Part shown: in pieces, positions 17,484 to 27,560 of the stretch
Layout: each line of letters opens with the position of its first letter
How positions within the stretch are numbered: the stretch's first letter is position 1
Assembly: GCA_036918135.1 (NCBI GenBank)
Contig: JBALDB010000009.1
Span: 1 to 64,000 of the forward strand
Source: Nostoc sp.
GTDB lineage: Bacteria; Cyanobacteriota; Cyanobacteriia; Cyanobacteriales; Nostocaceae
Reading direction: 5' to 3'
DNA: 64,000 bases
Position numbers and translations under genes: made by a program
The notes under the pieces: generated by a model
The model's database searches: none
Told to the model about the DNA's origin: nothing
What the model saw: only the letters and a program-made list of their open reading frames with translations

Positions 17484-19404
17484 AAGAGGCTTGGTTGTAA
17501 TCATCCTCATCCGGCATTAATTTTTCAAGTTGAATATAGAAAGCAGCTTCGGCAAATACCAAAGCAAAGTAGAAATCATCAACGTTACCCGGGCCGCGCT
17601 TCCACTGCTGAGTTTTGGGATCGCGCGATGGGCCCATCAGGTGACGCAATGGCGATCGCTCGCTGGGATTGGAGAGCCATTTTTCCCAGGTTGGTGGTAG
17701 ACGGTAGAGAGGATAATCATCATCGGCTTTGAGTAAAAAGCCTTCTAGGACTGCGCCCATGAATTTCTCGTTACGGATTTGGTAGCAATCGTAAACAATA
17801 CCGCCGTCTGCTACTTGAGATTTTCGTACCGGGTCTTTAAGATAAGCAATCTGGTCGGCCATATCAAGACAAGTGCGGCGGCACAAATACATGGATGATT
17901 CCCGCGATGGCTCGTTGTCGATTAAACCTGCCTTGACATCGAACCGAGTTAACAAATCTGAAATGTCATTCCGCATTACATCGCTGGCATAGCTGATATA
18001 GCGAATGGTTTTTTCAATAACTTCAGCACGGGTAAGCCGATGATAATTGGGGGGTAGGTAAAATTCGACAATTGCCAACCAATCTTCACTTCTACCCACA
18101 TCAACGCCAGCCAATACCAATTCTGGCTCTCGCCCCGGTACGGGAGAGGACATTGATGCTCTTAGCATTTCCAGGGAAATGCTGCCAACTTGATGTTCGC
18201 TCGCATGACCTAACATCTGCTGCTGCCAGTCATCCGTAGTACTGGCGCTCATCCCCTCCTCAATCATTTTGGCTGCCAAATTAAATTGGGTTTCGCGGGT
18301 GAGGGGTGAAAGGTGAATCCCAATCGTCCATGTATACTCGGGAATACCTGGGGGAAGCGAGTTTAGGAAGTCAGCTAAAGCGGTTCCCGTATGCCGACAG
18401 TAAAAATGTGCATCGCAGCGCTGCTGGTCGCTAATGGGTTCGCCGCAGTGGGAACAACCAAAGTAAGCACTTCCCACTGCGTCATTTTCGTCGCGGTGGA
18501 ACCAGCTGACGGGTCTACCTGAATCGCTCAAGAAAGTTTTCTTGATTCGTCCCAAGGCATCCCGCTGCACGGTTTCCCGCAGCAAGCAACCTTTGGGGTC
18601 AAGGGGTAGGGTTTGTTTGCAGCTAGTACAGGTGTAGTGGGGATAAAAAAGATGGTCAACTTTTCCCATCTGCTCCTCGATGCCCGTACCTCCCCCTGGC
18701 GTCCCTAATTCGCGGATAGGTCTAGTTGGCAGCAAAGAGGCGTCCAGCCGTCGAGGAATTGAGTCGGCGCTTCCTGGACGATATTGCGATCGCTCCTCAA
18801 GAAAGGCGTAGTCAGCTTGGTAGGATACAGCCATACCACCTGCGGCGGCTGTACCTTTATCCCTTGACCCCGGACGGGACGTGGAAACGTAGGCAAAGAT
18901 GCCGTTTACTTGGTCGATTTGATAGCGAGTGTTAATGCAGCGATCGCTGCGGCGGTTGAACTTGTGACCGGCTGCCACCATATTGGCAATCCAAGATTCT
19001 GCCACCGGCTGGAATTGCATCGGCACGTTTTGGTCTAGGGAAGTGCGGGTGTCATAGAACCAAACGCCGTTAAGTTTCCCTGTGGTTAGGCAATCGACGA
19101 ACAACATGGCGTGCGCTAGCGTCTTCCCGCACTGTGCAGGACCAGTAGTTAACACCTTGTTGAGCCGAAAATCCCCAACAGTTAGCAAAAACTCCCGATA
19201 CCAAGGAGGCAAGCGTACTGAAGATTGGCGCTCGGTTGTGGCAAATAGCCCTACTCGCTCGACAAAACCTTTTCCCCCGCGTTCGTAAACATCAGCGATA
19301 AAAGCTTCCCGTTGGTCGTGTTTGCTCCTGCTGCGGGAAGTATTTACAGCAGCCGATTTATTGGCAGCATTTTGTAGTTTCCGTTTGAGGTTCGCTGTGT
19401 TCAT
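17461..19404 (-). CDS. phage terminase large subunit (GpA-like)
   Basis: GPAQCGKT Walker A, FLEE Walker B, LGTP, CTSC/CSHC Zn finger, AGVDVG and DDFYFA nuclease motifs. Confidence 0.75.
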   Translation of the reverse strand: MNTANLKRKLQNAANKSAAVNTSRSRSKHDQREAFIADVYERGGKGFVERVGLFATTERQSSVRLPPWYREFLLTVGDFRLNKVLTTGPAQCGKTLAHAMLFVDCLTTGKLNGVWFYDTRTSLDQNVPMQFQPVAESWIANMVAAGHKFNRRSDRCINTRYQIDQVNGIFAYVSTSRPGSRDKGTAAAGGMAVSYQADYAFLEERSQYRPGSADSIPRRLDASLLPTRPIRELGTPGGGTGIEEQMGKVDHLFYPHYTCTSCKQTLPLDPKGCLLRETVQRDALGRIKKTFLSDSGRPVSWFHRDENDAVGSAYFGCSHCGEPISDQQRCDAHFYCRHTGTALADFLNSLPPGIPEYTWTIGIHLSPLTRETQFNLAAKMIEEGMSASTTDDWQQQMLGHASEHQVGSISLEMLRASMSSPVPGREPELVLAGVDVGRSEDWLAIVEFYLPPNYHRLTRAEVIEKTIRYISYASDVMRNDISDLLTRFDVKAGLIDNEPSRESSMYLCRRTCLDMADQIAYLKDPVRKSQVADGGIVYDCYQIRNEKFMGAVLEGFLLKADDDYPLYRLPPTWEKWLSNPSERSPLRHLMGPSRDPKTQQWKRGPGNVDDFYFALVFAEAAFYIQLEKLMPDEDDYNQASSSFSSWW

Positions 19405-19413
19405 CGCTTACGG

Positions 19414-20643
19414 TTAGTTGCTAAATCCAGGAAAATTTTCCTGGACATTAGAACTCTCAAATAATTTACGGTAAGCTTGACGGGCAGTGTTATCAACAAA
19501 GTCTCTAAATGAGAGATTATCTTTAAACCCAGCCCCAGTGACGTAGCCCGTACTGGTATAGTCAGGCTTACACACTCCAGAAGGTAAAACAATCGCTGCC
19601 GCCTTTTGAACGAAAGGTTTATCTTTGCTGATTGGGATAATGTTTAGCCGTTGCGACAAAACCCAATTCATAAAATCCCAATCGTAATAAGGCATTCGCA
19701 CGTGGATGCCATAATGCCGAAATATACTGCTAAATAACTTATTCACATCCCAAACTAATGTTTGGTCGTTAAAAGCGCGTAAGCGTTCATCTCGCCAAAT
19801 CTCGGCATTTCCTACGGTATCTGGCAATCCGACTATCTCCTTATAAATGCTTCGCATTCTTCCCATCAAGTCATCTTGCCCGTGACCATTAAAAATACTG
19901 GTGACTCCGGCAGCGGCAGCATGACGAGCTAAAGCCACATGAGCAATTGCTTGCCGCATATACTCTTGGGTAGGTCCGATATCCTCAAACAGTATTAAAG
20001 CTTCTTCGATGGAATCGACGACTGTTTGGCGGTCAATTAAAACTGGAATTGGCTCGGCTAGATCCATTGCCTTCAGGTTACGTCGAGCTTGGGAGATGTC
20101 TGAAGCTTTGTAGGATGTGCAAGCTGTAAAGGAGAGAAAGTCTACCCCCAGCTCCTTGAGCGCCCAGGCGATTAATAGAGAATCTACACCCCCCGAACAG
20201 GATAAGCCAATTTTACCGCTAGGGCAGGTTTCCAGTCGCGCACTCACCGCTTTTAAAAGCAACTCTTTATATCGAGCGATCGCATCCGGTAGAGCGATTT
20301 GAGGTGCGATCGCGGGTTTGAGCTTTTCGTGCTTCCAAACTTTTGTGCCATGTCCAATTTTAATGGCTGTTCCTGGGGTTACTTGATGCACTTTTCCCGG
20401 CAATTTTCGCCGCAGTTCTCCCCAGTGAATTTCTTTATTATCGATGCTGTAATACAAAGGAATTTCAGCCGGAAATGAAGAATATAAAGTGACTGTACCA
20501 AAGCGAGCAATGGCAACTGTAAAAGGCCCATTTACGGGCAATTTAGTACCATCAAATTCGGCATATTCAGTAGGGTTTATCTGGAAGTCTGATTGAATAA
20601 GGCTTGGGCTTTGTTTGGTGTAATTACCTGTAATTCTTTCCAT
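19414..20643 (-). CDS. asparagine synthase-like PP-loop amide ligase 1
   Basis: SGGVDS PP-loop, NGHGQDDL, RMPYYD; no N-terminal Cys. Confidence 0.85.
   Translation of the reverse strand: MERITGNYTKQSPSLIQSDFQINPTEYAEFDGTKLPVNGPFTVAIARFGTVTLYSSFPAEIPLYYSIDNKEIHWGELRRKLPGKVHQVTPGTAIKIGHGTKVWKHEKLKPAIAPQIALPDAIARYKELLLKAVSARLETCPSGKIGLSCSGGVDSLLIAWALKELGVDFLSFTACTSYKASDISQARRNLKAMDLAEPIPVLIDRQTVVDSIEEALILFEDIGPTQEYMRQAIAHVALARHAAAAGVTSIFNGHGQDDLMGRMRSIYKEIVGLPDTVGNAEIWRDERLRAFNDQTLVWDVNKLFSSIFRHYGIHVRMPYYDWDFMNWVLSQRLNIIPISKDKPFVQKAAAIVLPSGVCKPDYTSTGYVTGAGFKDNLSFRDFVDNTARQAYRKLFESSNVQENFPGFSN
19428..19443. repeat. palindrome CAGGAAAATTTTCCTG copy 5
   Basis: exact 16-mer, 24 bp upstream of the terminase start. 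Confidence 0.8.
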
Positions 20644-20648
20644 AATTA

Positions 20649-21290
20649 TTAAATCTCGTGAATTTTATTATTCAATTCAGTTTCGTAGTTATCAATAACT
20701 TGCAAAATGCGATCGGCGATTGTTCCAGGGACTAAATTATTATCTAGCAATATACTCAAAGCATCGCGCCATTCACTAGCAGTATCTTTATTACCTTGTA
20801 GTCTACTGAGTTCAGAAATCACCTTAAACATCCGTTCACGGATGCGGGTTTTAGTATCTATCAAGTAAGCTTTATCTGTTAATCGTGGCTCGGGAATTAA
20901 TTTTATTCTTTGTTTTAATTCTTGTAACTGGGCACCCGCGGCAGATTCTATTTGTGCAAAAGTTAGCTTGCGAATAGTTTCAAGTTCAGAGATTTTATCA
21001 ATCTCTCGTTGCATTGCCATAATTTCATTTTGGTAAGCGGTAATCTGTGCGTGATACATCTCAATAATCACCGCATGATTTCGCTTTCGCTGATTGATAT
21101 CTTTATCAATCAATTCATCACAAGTTTTGCTTAGCCAAGTACGGGCTGTTTCAGTAGTACATTTAAAATGTTCGGCAAATTGGCGCTGCACATCTAAGCG
21201 AGGAAAGCCCGAACGTAGGCGAGTCAGAATATAGTTTTTTCTATCCTGAATTTCTTGTGCTGTAAGTTTTACCCTCCCTTTTCTTGCCAC
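20649..21290 (-). CDS. hypothetical helical protein, possible terminase small subunit
   Basis: N-terminal HTH-like segment plus coiled coil; near TerL. Confidence 0.5.
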   Translation of the reverse strand: MARKGRVKLTAQEIQDRKNYILTRLRSGFPRLDVQRQFAEHFKCTTETARTWLSKTCDELIDKDINQRKRNHAVIIEMYHAQITAYQNEIMAMQREIDKISELETIRKLTFAQIESAAGAQLQELKQRIKLIPEPRLTDKAYLIDTKTRIRERMFKVISELSRLQGNKDTASEWRDALSILLDNNLVPGTIADRILQVIDNYETELNNKIHEI

Positions 21291-21332
21291 AATAAAAATG
21301 TCCTTTTATTCAGATCCACGATTCAAACCAAA

Positions 21333-22001
21333 TCAACTAAGCTGAAGATATCGCTTTGTTATTTCCAGGGCTTTTTGATGGTTTGGTCGGTCGTGGTCAA
21401 AAAGAAATTGTTCGTCTGGATAACCTAATTGAGCTATTGCTGCCATTTCTGAAAGCACAGCACTCGCTTGTTGGTAGTCAACTGCTTTAAGTGCGTAAAC
21501 TGCATAGCTATAATGTCGAGCTTCGTCAGCGGCGATAGCTAAAACCAAGTCCTTCAAACCCAAAGGTTCAACTTGCTTTGCTAGCTGTAGATATTCCTGA
21601 TGCGTGTTCCATTCATCTAGTGCCAATGCTGCCCAAACGTGCAATTCACTGTGGAATATTTGCATGTACAATTGGCGATCGCGATACTTAAAGCACTCAT
21701 GCCATGTGTTTTCTGGTTTCGGCTGCAAATAACAACCCATGCGATAAAAAGCTTCTGAGTGCCTGATTTCGTCGCGCAACCATAAAGCAGAGTAATAACT
21801 CCAAGCATCTGAAGTAGCAAAATCACTGGCAACTTGATAGATGGTACAAGCATCAGCTTCGTTGGCCGCAGCACGATAAAAAGCTTCAGCTAATAAAGAG
21901 TCGTAATGAGTAACTTCTTCTGGATTTGGAATTAGCTTTGCTGGCGACCAGTCACCAGACAAGCTATTAGCGGCATAGTTCGACCAGTTAAATTGTTTCA
22001 T
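21333..22001 (-). CDS. ferritin-like di-iron protein
   Basis: WLRDEIRH and IAADEARH ExxH pairs. Confidence 0.8.
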   Translation of the reverse strand: MKQFNWSNYAANSLSGDWSPAKLIPNPEEVTHYDSLLAEAFYRAAANEADACTIYQVASDFATSDAWSYYSALWLRDEIRHSEAFYRMGCYLQPKPENTWHECFKYRDRQLYMQIFHSELHVWAALALDEWNTHQEYLQLAKQVEPLGLKDLVLAIAADEARHYSYAVYALKAVDYQQASAVLSEMAAIAQLGYPDEQFLFDHDRPNHQKALEITKRYLQLS

Positions 22002-23233
22002 ACTGTTTTTTCGTGTTGTTGAGCAATTTTGCGCCAGTCTTGAGTTTTGAGGTAAGCAAAAAAGACTTTGGCTTTTTCTAAATGCTCCTCAATAGCTGGG
22101 CGGATATTATCTTCGTAAAATCCAGCACCAGTAATATAGCCGTGGCGGTTGTATACATCACGCGACCATTCGCCGATTGGCAGTACTTGGCGCGTTGCCA
22201 TGCGAGCAAAGGGTTTTTTAGCTTTTACTGGGATAATGCTGGTTGGCTGACTAAATATCCAAGTCGCAAAAGCAGTATCAAAAAATGGCATTTGCACCTT
22301 AATGCCATACCGCCGGAAACTAGTTGAAAACATCTTTTCCATTCCAAACCCAGAAACAGCATCGCGCCTAGCATCTCGCCAGCGCTCTGATTCAGTGCCT
22401 TCCAATCGCTTGAACGTGCCTTGAACCAGTCCGTCTGTACCCATCAGGTCATCGTGAGCGTGTCCATTAAAAATCGTTTTCACTCCCAACTCTTGGCAGC
22501 GACGAGCGATCGCTACGTTGGCAACCGCCATTTGTAAATTGTCGAATTGGGTAGATTCGTAGCAAAATACAGCCTCATTAAATAGCTCTGGTAGTTCTTT
22601 TGGTGTAATTAGCACAGGGGTAGGTTCAATGCCTATTTGAGATAAAACCATCATTGCCATTTGATAGTCCCAGTCTTCTAAAGAAGAACAAGCAACCAAG
22701 GGGACAAAATCTATACCCAATTTATGAAGTGCCCAAGCGACAAGACAGCTATCTAGTCCCCCACTTTGGGAAACAGCAATACCGGGAGTAGAAACCGAAA
22801 CTCGATTTTTTACCGCATCTACAAGTAACTTCAAATATTCGTCAATAGCTTCATCTAAAGAAACTGCATCGCTTTTAATCGGCGGTTGAGGAATTGGCTC
22901 AACTTCATAAGTTGTGATGCCGCATTCGGGATGCCAAATAACAGCTTGTCCCCGTTCAACCAAAACAGGACGCATCTCCTGTTTGGGGAGCGCTAAATAT
23001 TGCTCGTGCCAGTACAAATTGTCGCGGTAAATTGAATAGTAAATTGGGATTTCGTGGCTCCATCCTGTAAATAGACAAACCTTGCTATTGCCAGAGCTAA
23101 CAAAGCTGGCTCCACAACCTATAGGGATATTAAAATCATCTACACTTTGAAAATTGAGGGGAGTAATTGCACACTCAATTACTTCAAAATCCTTATCTCT
23201 CCTCGGATTGCACTTACCGATTAGTCTGTGCAT
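21998..23233 (-). CDS. asparagine synthase-like PP-loop amide ligase 2
   Basis: SGGLDS, NGHAHDDL, MPFFD. Confidence 0.85.
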   Translation of the reverse strand: MHRLIGKCNPRRDKDFEVIECAITPLNFQSVDDFNIPIGCGASFVSSGNSKVCLFTGWSHEIPIYYSIYRDNLYWHEQYLALPKQEMRPVLVERGQAVIWHPECGITTYEVEPIPQPPIKSDAVSLDEAIDEYLKLLVDAVKNRVSVSTPGIAVSQSGGLDSCLVAWALHKLGIDFVPLVACSSLEDWDYQMAMMVLSQIGIEPTPVLITPKELPELFNEAVFCYESTQFDNLQMAVANVAIARRCQELGVKTIFNGHAHDDLMGTDGLVQGTFKRLEGTESERWRDARRDAVSGFGMEKMFSTSFRRYGIKVQMPFFDTAFATWIFSQPTSIIPVKAKKPFARMATRQVLPIGEWSRDVYNRHGYITGAGFYEDNIRPAIEEHLEKAKVFFAYLKTQDWRKIAQQHEKTV

Positions 23234-24782
23234 CTTCTTTAACCTTCATTAAATCAATATTTGTGAAACTGGAGAAAGCATCTATGGCTTCTTGTGCTAA
23301 CCCCATTCGTTGATTGCCCGGGTAAGGTAAATTGAATTCAAATTCCAACGCTTTTACTAATAGAATCAGTTCAATTTTTCTCGGACCTTCACATTTAATC
23401 CCGTGAGAAGAACCATTGGCGGCATAGTAAGTAACTTTATGAAAGTAGCGCTTGCCTTGGGCAATTAGTTCTTCTTCAGAGTGAAATTTCTGTACCTTGG
23501 GAACTTTAAGAATTTCGTTGATATAAAGTCCCGGTTCTGTGTCCAATAAAATTGCACCATCGGCGCGAGATGATGCGTTTAATCCGTTGTTAAATACACG
23601 GCTAGCAAGGTTGGAATCAGAAAGGGTGTGTAAATATAATTTTGCACCTTGAGAACAGATGGCATTAAATATCACCATCAGGTGTTCCCGGTCTTCGGCA
23701 AATGGAACGCTATTAAAAACGCTCGAACAAAATAGCGAATCTATTTGCGGTTTATTGGCAATCCAAGACAGGAATCTCCTTGCTATTAGCCTTGCCCCAA
23801 CGACGCTGATTTGGTCGCTGTTAGGTTTCATGGCATAAGGTTCAAAAGGAATACAGGTAATACCCGCTGCCTGAAGTTTATTGGTATTATCTAGTCTTCC
23901 TGCGCCAAAATCTATACAGGTGGTTCCGTGTTCGGCGATAAAGCGGGCGCGATATTCTCCCTCAAGCTTTACCATGTGTTTTAACAGCCAAGCCTTACCT
24001 CCGTTGCGGGCTTCCTTGCCAAAAACCCATTGATAAAATCCAACTCCGAAAGTTGTCCGTTGAGCAGCTTGATTGCGGCGGCGGAAGAAAGAGTTGTAGC
24101 GGAGTTCTTCACCGAAAGCTCGTTGCAAGTCAAAGCTCATGGTGATTTTGTTGAGGAACAGTTGCATGGCCTCACTGTTGTCCGTAATCTTAACTGCCGA
24201 GTGAACAACACGCCCATAAGAAAGAGCCGCTAAAAGTCTAGGTCCTCCATTAATAATTTTGTTGTCAGCATTTAAAATAATCGGAATTTCCACGCCCAAA
24301 TCGCAGAAAGTCTGAGCAAACAGAAAAGTCATGTTGCTAATTTCTGAGGGCTTAAGGTCTTCTTGGTAGTCGATTGGTTTGATGTCAAATTGCTTTAAAC
24401 AAGGAAAAGGATCTGTGGCATCTGGTAGTGCTTGAAACTTTTCTAAATCTGAAAGTTCCATCGCCGCTTTCTTGCCAAAATCTGCTTTGGTAGCGTGGTC
24501 GTTAGTGCAAAGATTAAAAACTATGTTTATTCCTCGCTCTGTGGCTTCGTCGTACCCAGGCAAGTAAATCACAGGTACTTCGGTAAATCCAAGTTCTCGC
24601 GCTGCCCCAGTTCTTTGGTGTCCCGAATACAGCATTCCATCTTCACGGGCATAAACTGGCATCACGAATCCAAATTTTTTGAGCGACATCTTAATCCATT
24701 CAAATCGCTCTGGGTCGCGTTGTCTGGGGTTTTTTCCCCATGCTTCTAATTTGTCTAAAGATACTAATTTGATGTCAATCAT
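23214..24782 (-). CDS. ParB-N domain / SAM-dependent transferase fusion
   Basis: KNPR, FGFVMP, SGHQR (ParB-N); IDFGAG and SSVFNSVPF (methyltransferase fold). Confidence 0.8.
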   Translation of the reverse strand: MIDIKLVSLDKLEAWGKNPRQRDPERFEWIKMSLKKFGFVMPVYAREDGMLYSGHQRTGAARELGFTEVPVIYLPGYDEATERGINIVFNLCTNDHATKADFGKKAAMELSDLEKFQALPDATDPFPCLKQFDIKPIDYQEDLKPSEISNMTFLFAQTFCDLGVEIPIILNADNKIINGGPRLLAALSYGRVVHSAVKITDNSEAMQLFLNKITMSFDLQRAFGEELRYNSFFRRRNQAAQRTTFGVGFYQWVFGKEARNGGKAWLLKHMVKLEGEYRARFIAEHGTTCIDFGAGRLDNTNKLQAAGITCIPFEPYAMKPNSDQISVVGARLIARRFLSWIANKPQIDSLFCSSVFNSVPFAEDREHLMVIFNAICSQGAKLYLHTLSDSNLASRVFNNGLNASSRADGAILLDTEPGLYINEILKVPKVQKFHSEEELIAQGKRYFHKVTYYAANGSSHGIKCEGPRKIELILLVKALEFEFNLPYPGNQRMGLAQEAIDAFSSFTNIDLMKVKEDAQTNR

Positions 24783-25972
24783 TACCCTTTAATTAAGCGT
24801 AGTAAATTACGAATAAATTCGTTTGTTATTAAGGAATTACCTTTAAATAAAGGTTGCTTGAAACTCAAACCCGCCCCCGTCAGATATCCAACAGAATGTT
24901 TTTTATCTAACCACTCTCCTTTGGGCAAAACAGTAGTAGCAAAATCCCTAACAAATGACTTGTCAAAAGTCATAGGAATAATTGAGGTTGGCTGGCTAAA
25001 TGCCCAATTTAATAGCTCTCTATCGTAGTAAGGCATTCGCACGTGAACCCCGTAGCTGCGGAAAGTAGAAGCAAACATTTTGAGCATTCCCCCGGTGGCT
25101 AAAGTTACGTTTCTCCGGGCGACGGACCAACGCTCTGATTCACTTTGTCCTTGGGTTACCTGCTTCAGGGCAGCTTTTACTAAAGTTCCCTTACCGTGAA
25201 TATCATCATGTCCGTGTCCAACGAAGATACTTTGAATTCCTATCTCGTTGCACTTTCTGGCCATGAGCAGATTTCCCATTGCCATTCGCAGATTTGAGGT
25301 TTCTGTGTCCTCCAAACAAGCGATCGCTTCTTTGAGTAATTCCTCAGATTGTGAATTTTCTAGGACAATTGGAATTGGTTTTAATCCCCAACATTCTAGG
25401 CAAGCAGTAGCAGCAGTAATATCTAAATCGTTAGGACTTGTGCAGACAGTAAGCGGGTAAACTTCCACCCCTAATTTGTGCAGCGCCCAAGTAATCAGTA
25501 ATGAGTCTAATCCTCCGCTTTGAGCTACAGCAACTCGATTACTTTGGGGACAAGTAGCAAGCCGACTAGCTACTGCATTCAAAATTAATTGGGTGTATGC
25601 TTCGTAGGCATCACTCACAGGATAATCAGCCTTAATTTTTGGAGTGAGGATATTATCAACAATCTGTGTGGTGATATAACCTGGCTCCCAAATTATCATC
25701 TCTCCGGCATTAACTTTTTTAGCAGGCGATGGTAACTTGAATTTCTGTTCTCCCCAATGCAATGAGTGAGGTTTTGCTGTGTAATAAAGTGGTGTTTCTC
25801 CAGGCGCAGAAACATATAAAACTGCTATTCCTCGCTCAGCTTCTACCAAAGAAAAAGGCCCATTTATAGGAAGAGTCCAGCCTTCATATTTAACAAAAAG
25901 TTGTGGTTTTATTTGTAAATCTGTTTGCTGAATTGGCCTACTTTTTAAATCGTATTTTCCTGATAGCCTCAT
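24782..25972 (-). CDS. asparagine synthase-like PP-loop amide ligase 3
   Basis: SGGLDS, GHGHDDI, RMPYYD. Confidence 0.85.
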   Translation of the reverse strand: MRLSGKYDLKSRPIQQTDLQIKPQLFVKYEGWTLPINGPFSLVEAERGIAVLYVSAPGETPLYYTAKPHSLHWGEQKFKLPSPAKKVNAGEMIIWEPGYITTQIVDNILTPKIKADYPVSDAYEAYTQLILNAVASRLATCPQSNRVAVAQSGGLDSLLITWALHKLGVEVYPLTVCTSPNDLDITAATACLECWGLKPIPIVLENSQSEELLKEAIACLEDTETSNLRMAMGNLLMARKCNEIGIQSIFVGHGHDDIHGKGTLVKAALKQVTQGQSESERWSVARRNVTLATGGMLKMFASTFRSYGVHVRMPYYDRELLNWAFSQPTSIIPMTFDKSFVRDFATTVLPKGEWLDKKHSVGYLTGAGLSFKQPLFKGNSLITNEFIRNLLRLIKG

Positions 25973-25974
25973 TT

Positions 25975-26244
25975 TTAGTAGCCTAGATCGCTAAGTTGCT
26001 TAGAATTTAATTTAGCTACACCCTTGAGTCCGGCTTTTTTAGCTGCATCTCGCCTCTGCTTGACAGAACCATTAGGGCTTTTAGTTTTGCCCTTTTTTCC
26101 AGTTTTCTGTTTACCACTGCCGCCACCGCCTTTACCTCCACCACCTTTACCTCCACCGCCGCCACCACCGCCACCACCACCGCCTTTACAACAAATATTT
26201 TTACTTGCTATTAGTAGCTGGGATTTAAAAGTTCTTTTTCGCAT
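25975..26244 (-). CDS. Gly/Lys-rich small protein with HeH (Rho-N-like) tail
   Basis: CCK followed by 12 Gly and KGGGG repeats; first gene of operon, 2 bp from the ligase ATG. Confidence 0.7.
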   Translation of the reverse strand: MRKRTFKSQLLIASKNICCKGGGGGGGGGGGGKGGGGKGGGGSGKQKTGKKGKTKSPNGSVKQRRDAAKKAGLKGVAKLNSKQLSDLGY

Positions 26245-26478
26245 AATTTTTTACTTTGGATACTTCCTAATAACTTGTTGTTAAAAATCAAAATTAGTGG
26301 TTGTTCGGCTATACCAGTGTCGGAATAAACAGTGCAAATCGGCATCGATATATTTACTTACTCCGAGTATCTAGAATTTATATTTTTAAAGCATTGATTA
26401 ATTAAATAATTCTTCCGTTTACAATGGTAACTACAAAGCCTTAAAAATGGCTCACAGCAAAGCTTTGAGTTATTAAAT

Positions 26479-26531
26479 ATGTTGCAAATAATCAAAAATT
26501 ATGCTAAAATAAAGATGTAGCAAAAAATCAA
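26479..26531 (+). promoter_or_regulatory. repeated promoter/operator module copy 2
   Basis: TTGCAA-17bp-TAAAAT with tandem ATGTWGCAAAWAATCAA boxes 36 bp apart. Confidence 0.7.
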
Positions 26532-26547
26532 TATAGGTGGAATAAAT

Positions 26548-26955
26548 ATGATGACATTGAATATCAAAGAAGTAAAGATTGGACAATATGAATGGGGGAA
26601 AGTATGGAGCAGAATGAATCGGCAGGGATACTCTATCTCCCAATTGGAAATGATTATTGCAGAGTGCAATATCGACAATCAATTGATAGCAGCTTCTTTG
26701 ATATGGGCCTCATTATTACCCTCCGAGGAAGTATTTAAGCAAGCTGCCTCTTTAGCAGTAGCAAATGATTTGGAAGAATTGTGGGGAGCATTCCACTCAA
26801 TCAGAACCCGCCAAGGATTCGTAGCGGTGGTATTAGCAATCGTTCATTACGAGCTATTAGTTGGGTTGGAAGATGGGGAATATTATCCTTGGATCGAGGT
26901 ATTTGCCAAGGAGAAGGAATATTGGAGCCGCCACTCTGGACGGAAGCAGAATTAA
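26548..26955 (+). CDS. hypothetical protein
   Basis: follows promoter module; AGGTGG RBS. Confidence 0.65.
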   Translation: MMTLNIKEVKIGQYEWGKVWSRMNRQGYSISQLEMIIAECNIDNQLIAASLIWASLLPSEEVFKQAASLAVANDLEELWGAFHSIRTRQGFVAVVLAIVHYELLVGLEDGEYYPWIEVFAKEKEYWSRHSGRKQN

Positions 26956-26999
26956 GGAGTTGGGTGGAGAAATCCACCCCTATTTTTTAGGAGGTAAAA

Positions 27000-27224
27000 A
27001 TGAATTTGATTCGAGGTTACAACTACGAAATTTTAACTTTAAATAAAGCAGTGATAGCAACTTTTAAGCATGTCAATATTAATTTTATCGGGGCGATAAG
27101 TTTAGTTTTCCAGTGTGAGGGTAAGGAGTTGCAAATAGACGTGAAATGCAAGCAAGTATCTACTACTCATTACGAACCTTGTTTACCCTACGAAATTAAG
27201 GAGATACAAAATGCTTCTAAATAA
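27000..27224 (+). CDS. hypothetical protein
   Basis: AGGAGG RBS. Confidence 0.65.
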   Translation: MNLIRGYNYEILTLNKAVIATFKHVNINFIGAISLVFQCEGKELQIDVKCKQVSTTHYEPCLPYEIKEIQNASK

Positions 27225-27552
27225 ATATCCAAGCGCAATCGCTACCGTTCAATCTCAAATCCACGAACTTGACGTTAAAATTGAGCGCCTTCATCAAGTT
27301 ATCAAACAGATTGAATGCCAAATTGATTCTGCAATAGCTTTTGATGAATCGCTCCGCAACGATGCACAACGCAAAGCCAAGCGGCAACAATTTTTAGAAA
27401 AGCACCAAAGCTATTGGGAGCTTTTAGAAGACATCTCTGATGCCAAGGCATGTCGGGAAATTAAGTTCATTGAACTCGGCAAACTTCGCGATGAATTTTC
27501 TGTGTTGAAGTTAGAAAAACAAGAAAGCATTGCTCGTATGGGGGTTTATTAA
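27211..27552 (+). CDS. coiled-coil hypothetical protein (paralog of 28351-28764)
   Basis: YPSAIA...SLRNDAQRKAKR...H.SYW. Confidence 0.75.
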   Translation: MLLNKYPSAIATVQSQIHELDVKIERLHQVIKQIECQIDSAIAFDESLRNDAQRKAKRQQFLEKHQSYWELLEDISDAKACREIKFIELGKLRDEFSVLKLEKQESIARMGVY

Positions 27553-27560
27553 TTAGTTAA

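Noticed and set aside
19414..26244. Canonical lasso-peptide cluster or true asparagine synthetases
   Set aside because: No B1/B2 leader peptidase, no ring-forming Asp/Glu in the peptide core, no glutaminase Cys
26024..26284. Poly-proline ORF
   Set aside because: Antisense shadow of the poly-Gly gene that is coupled to the operon
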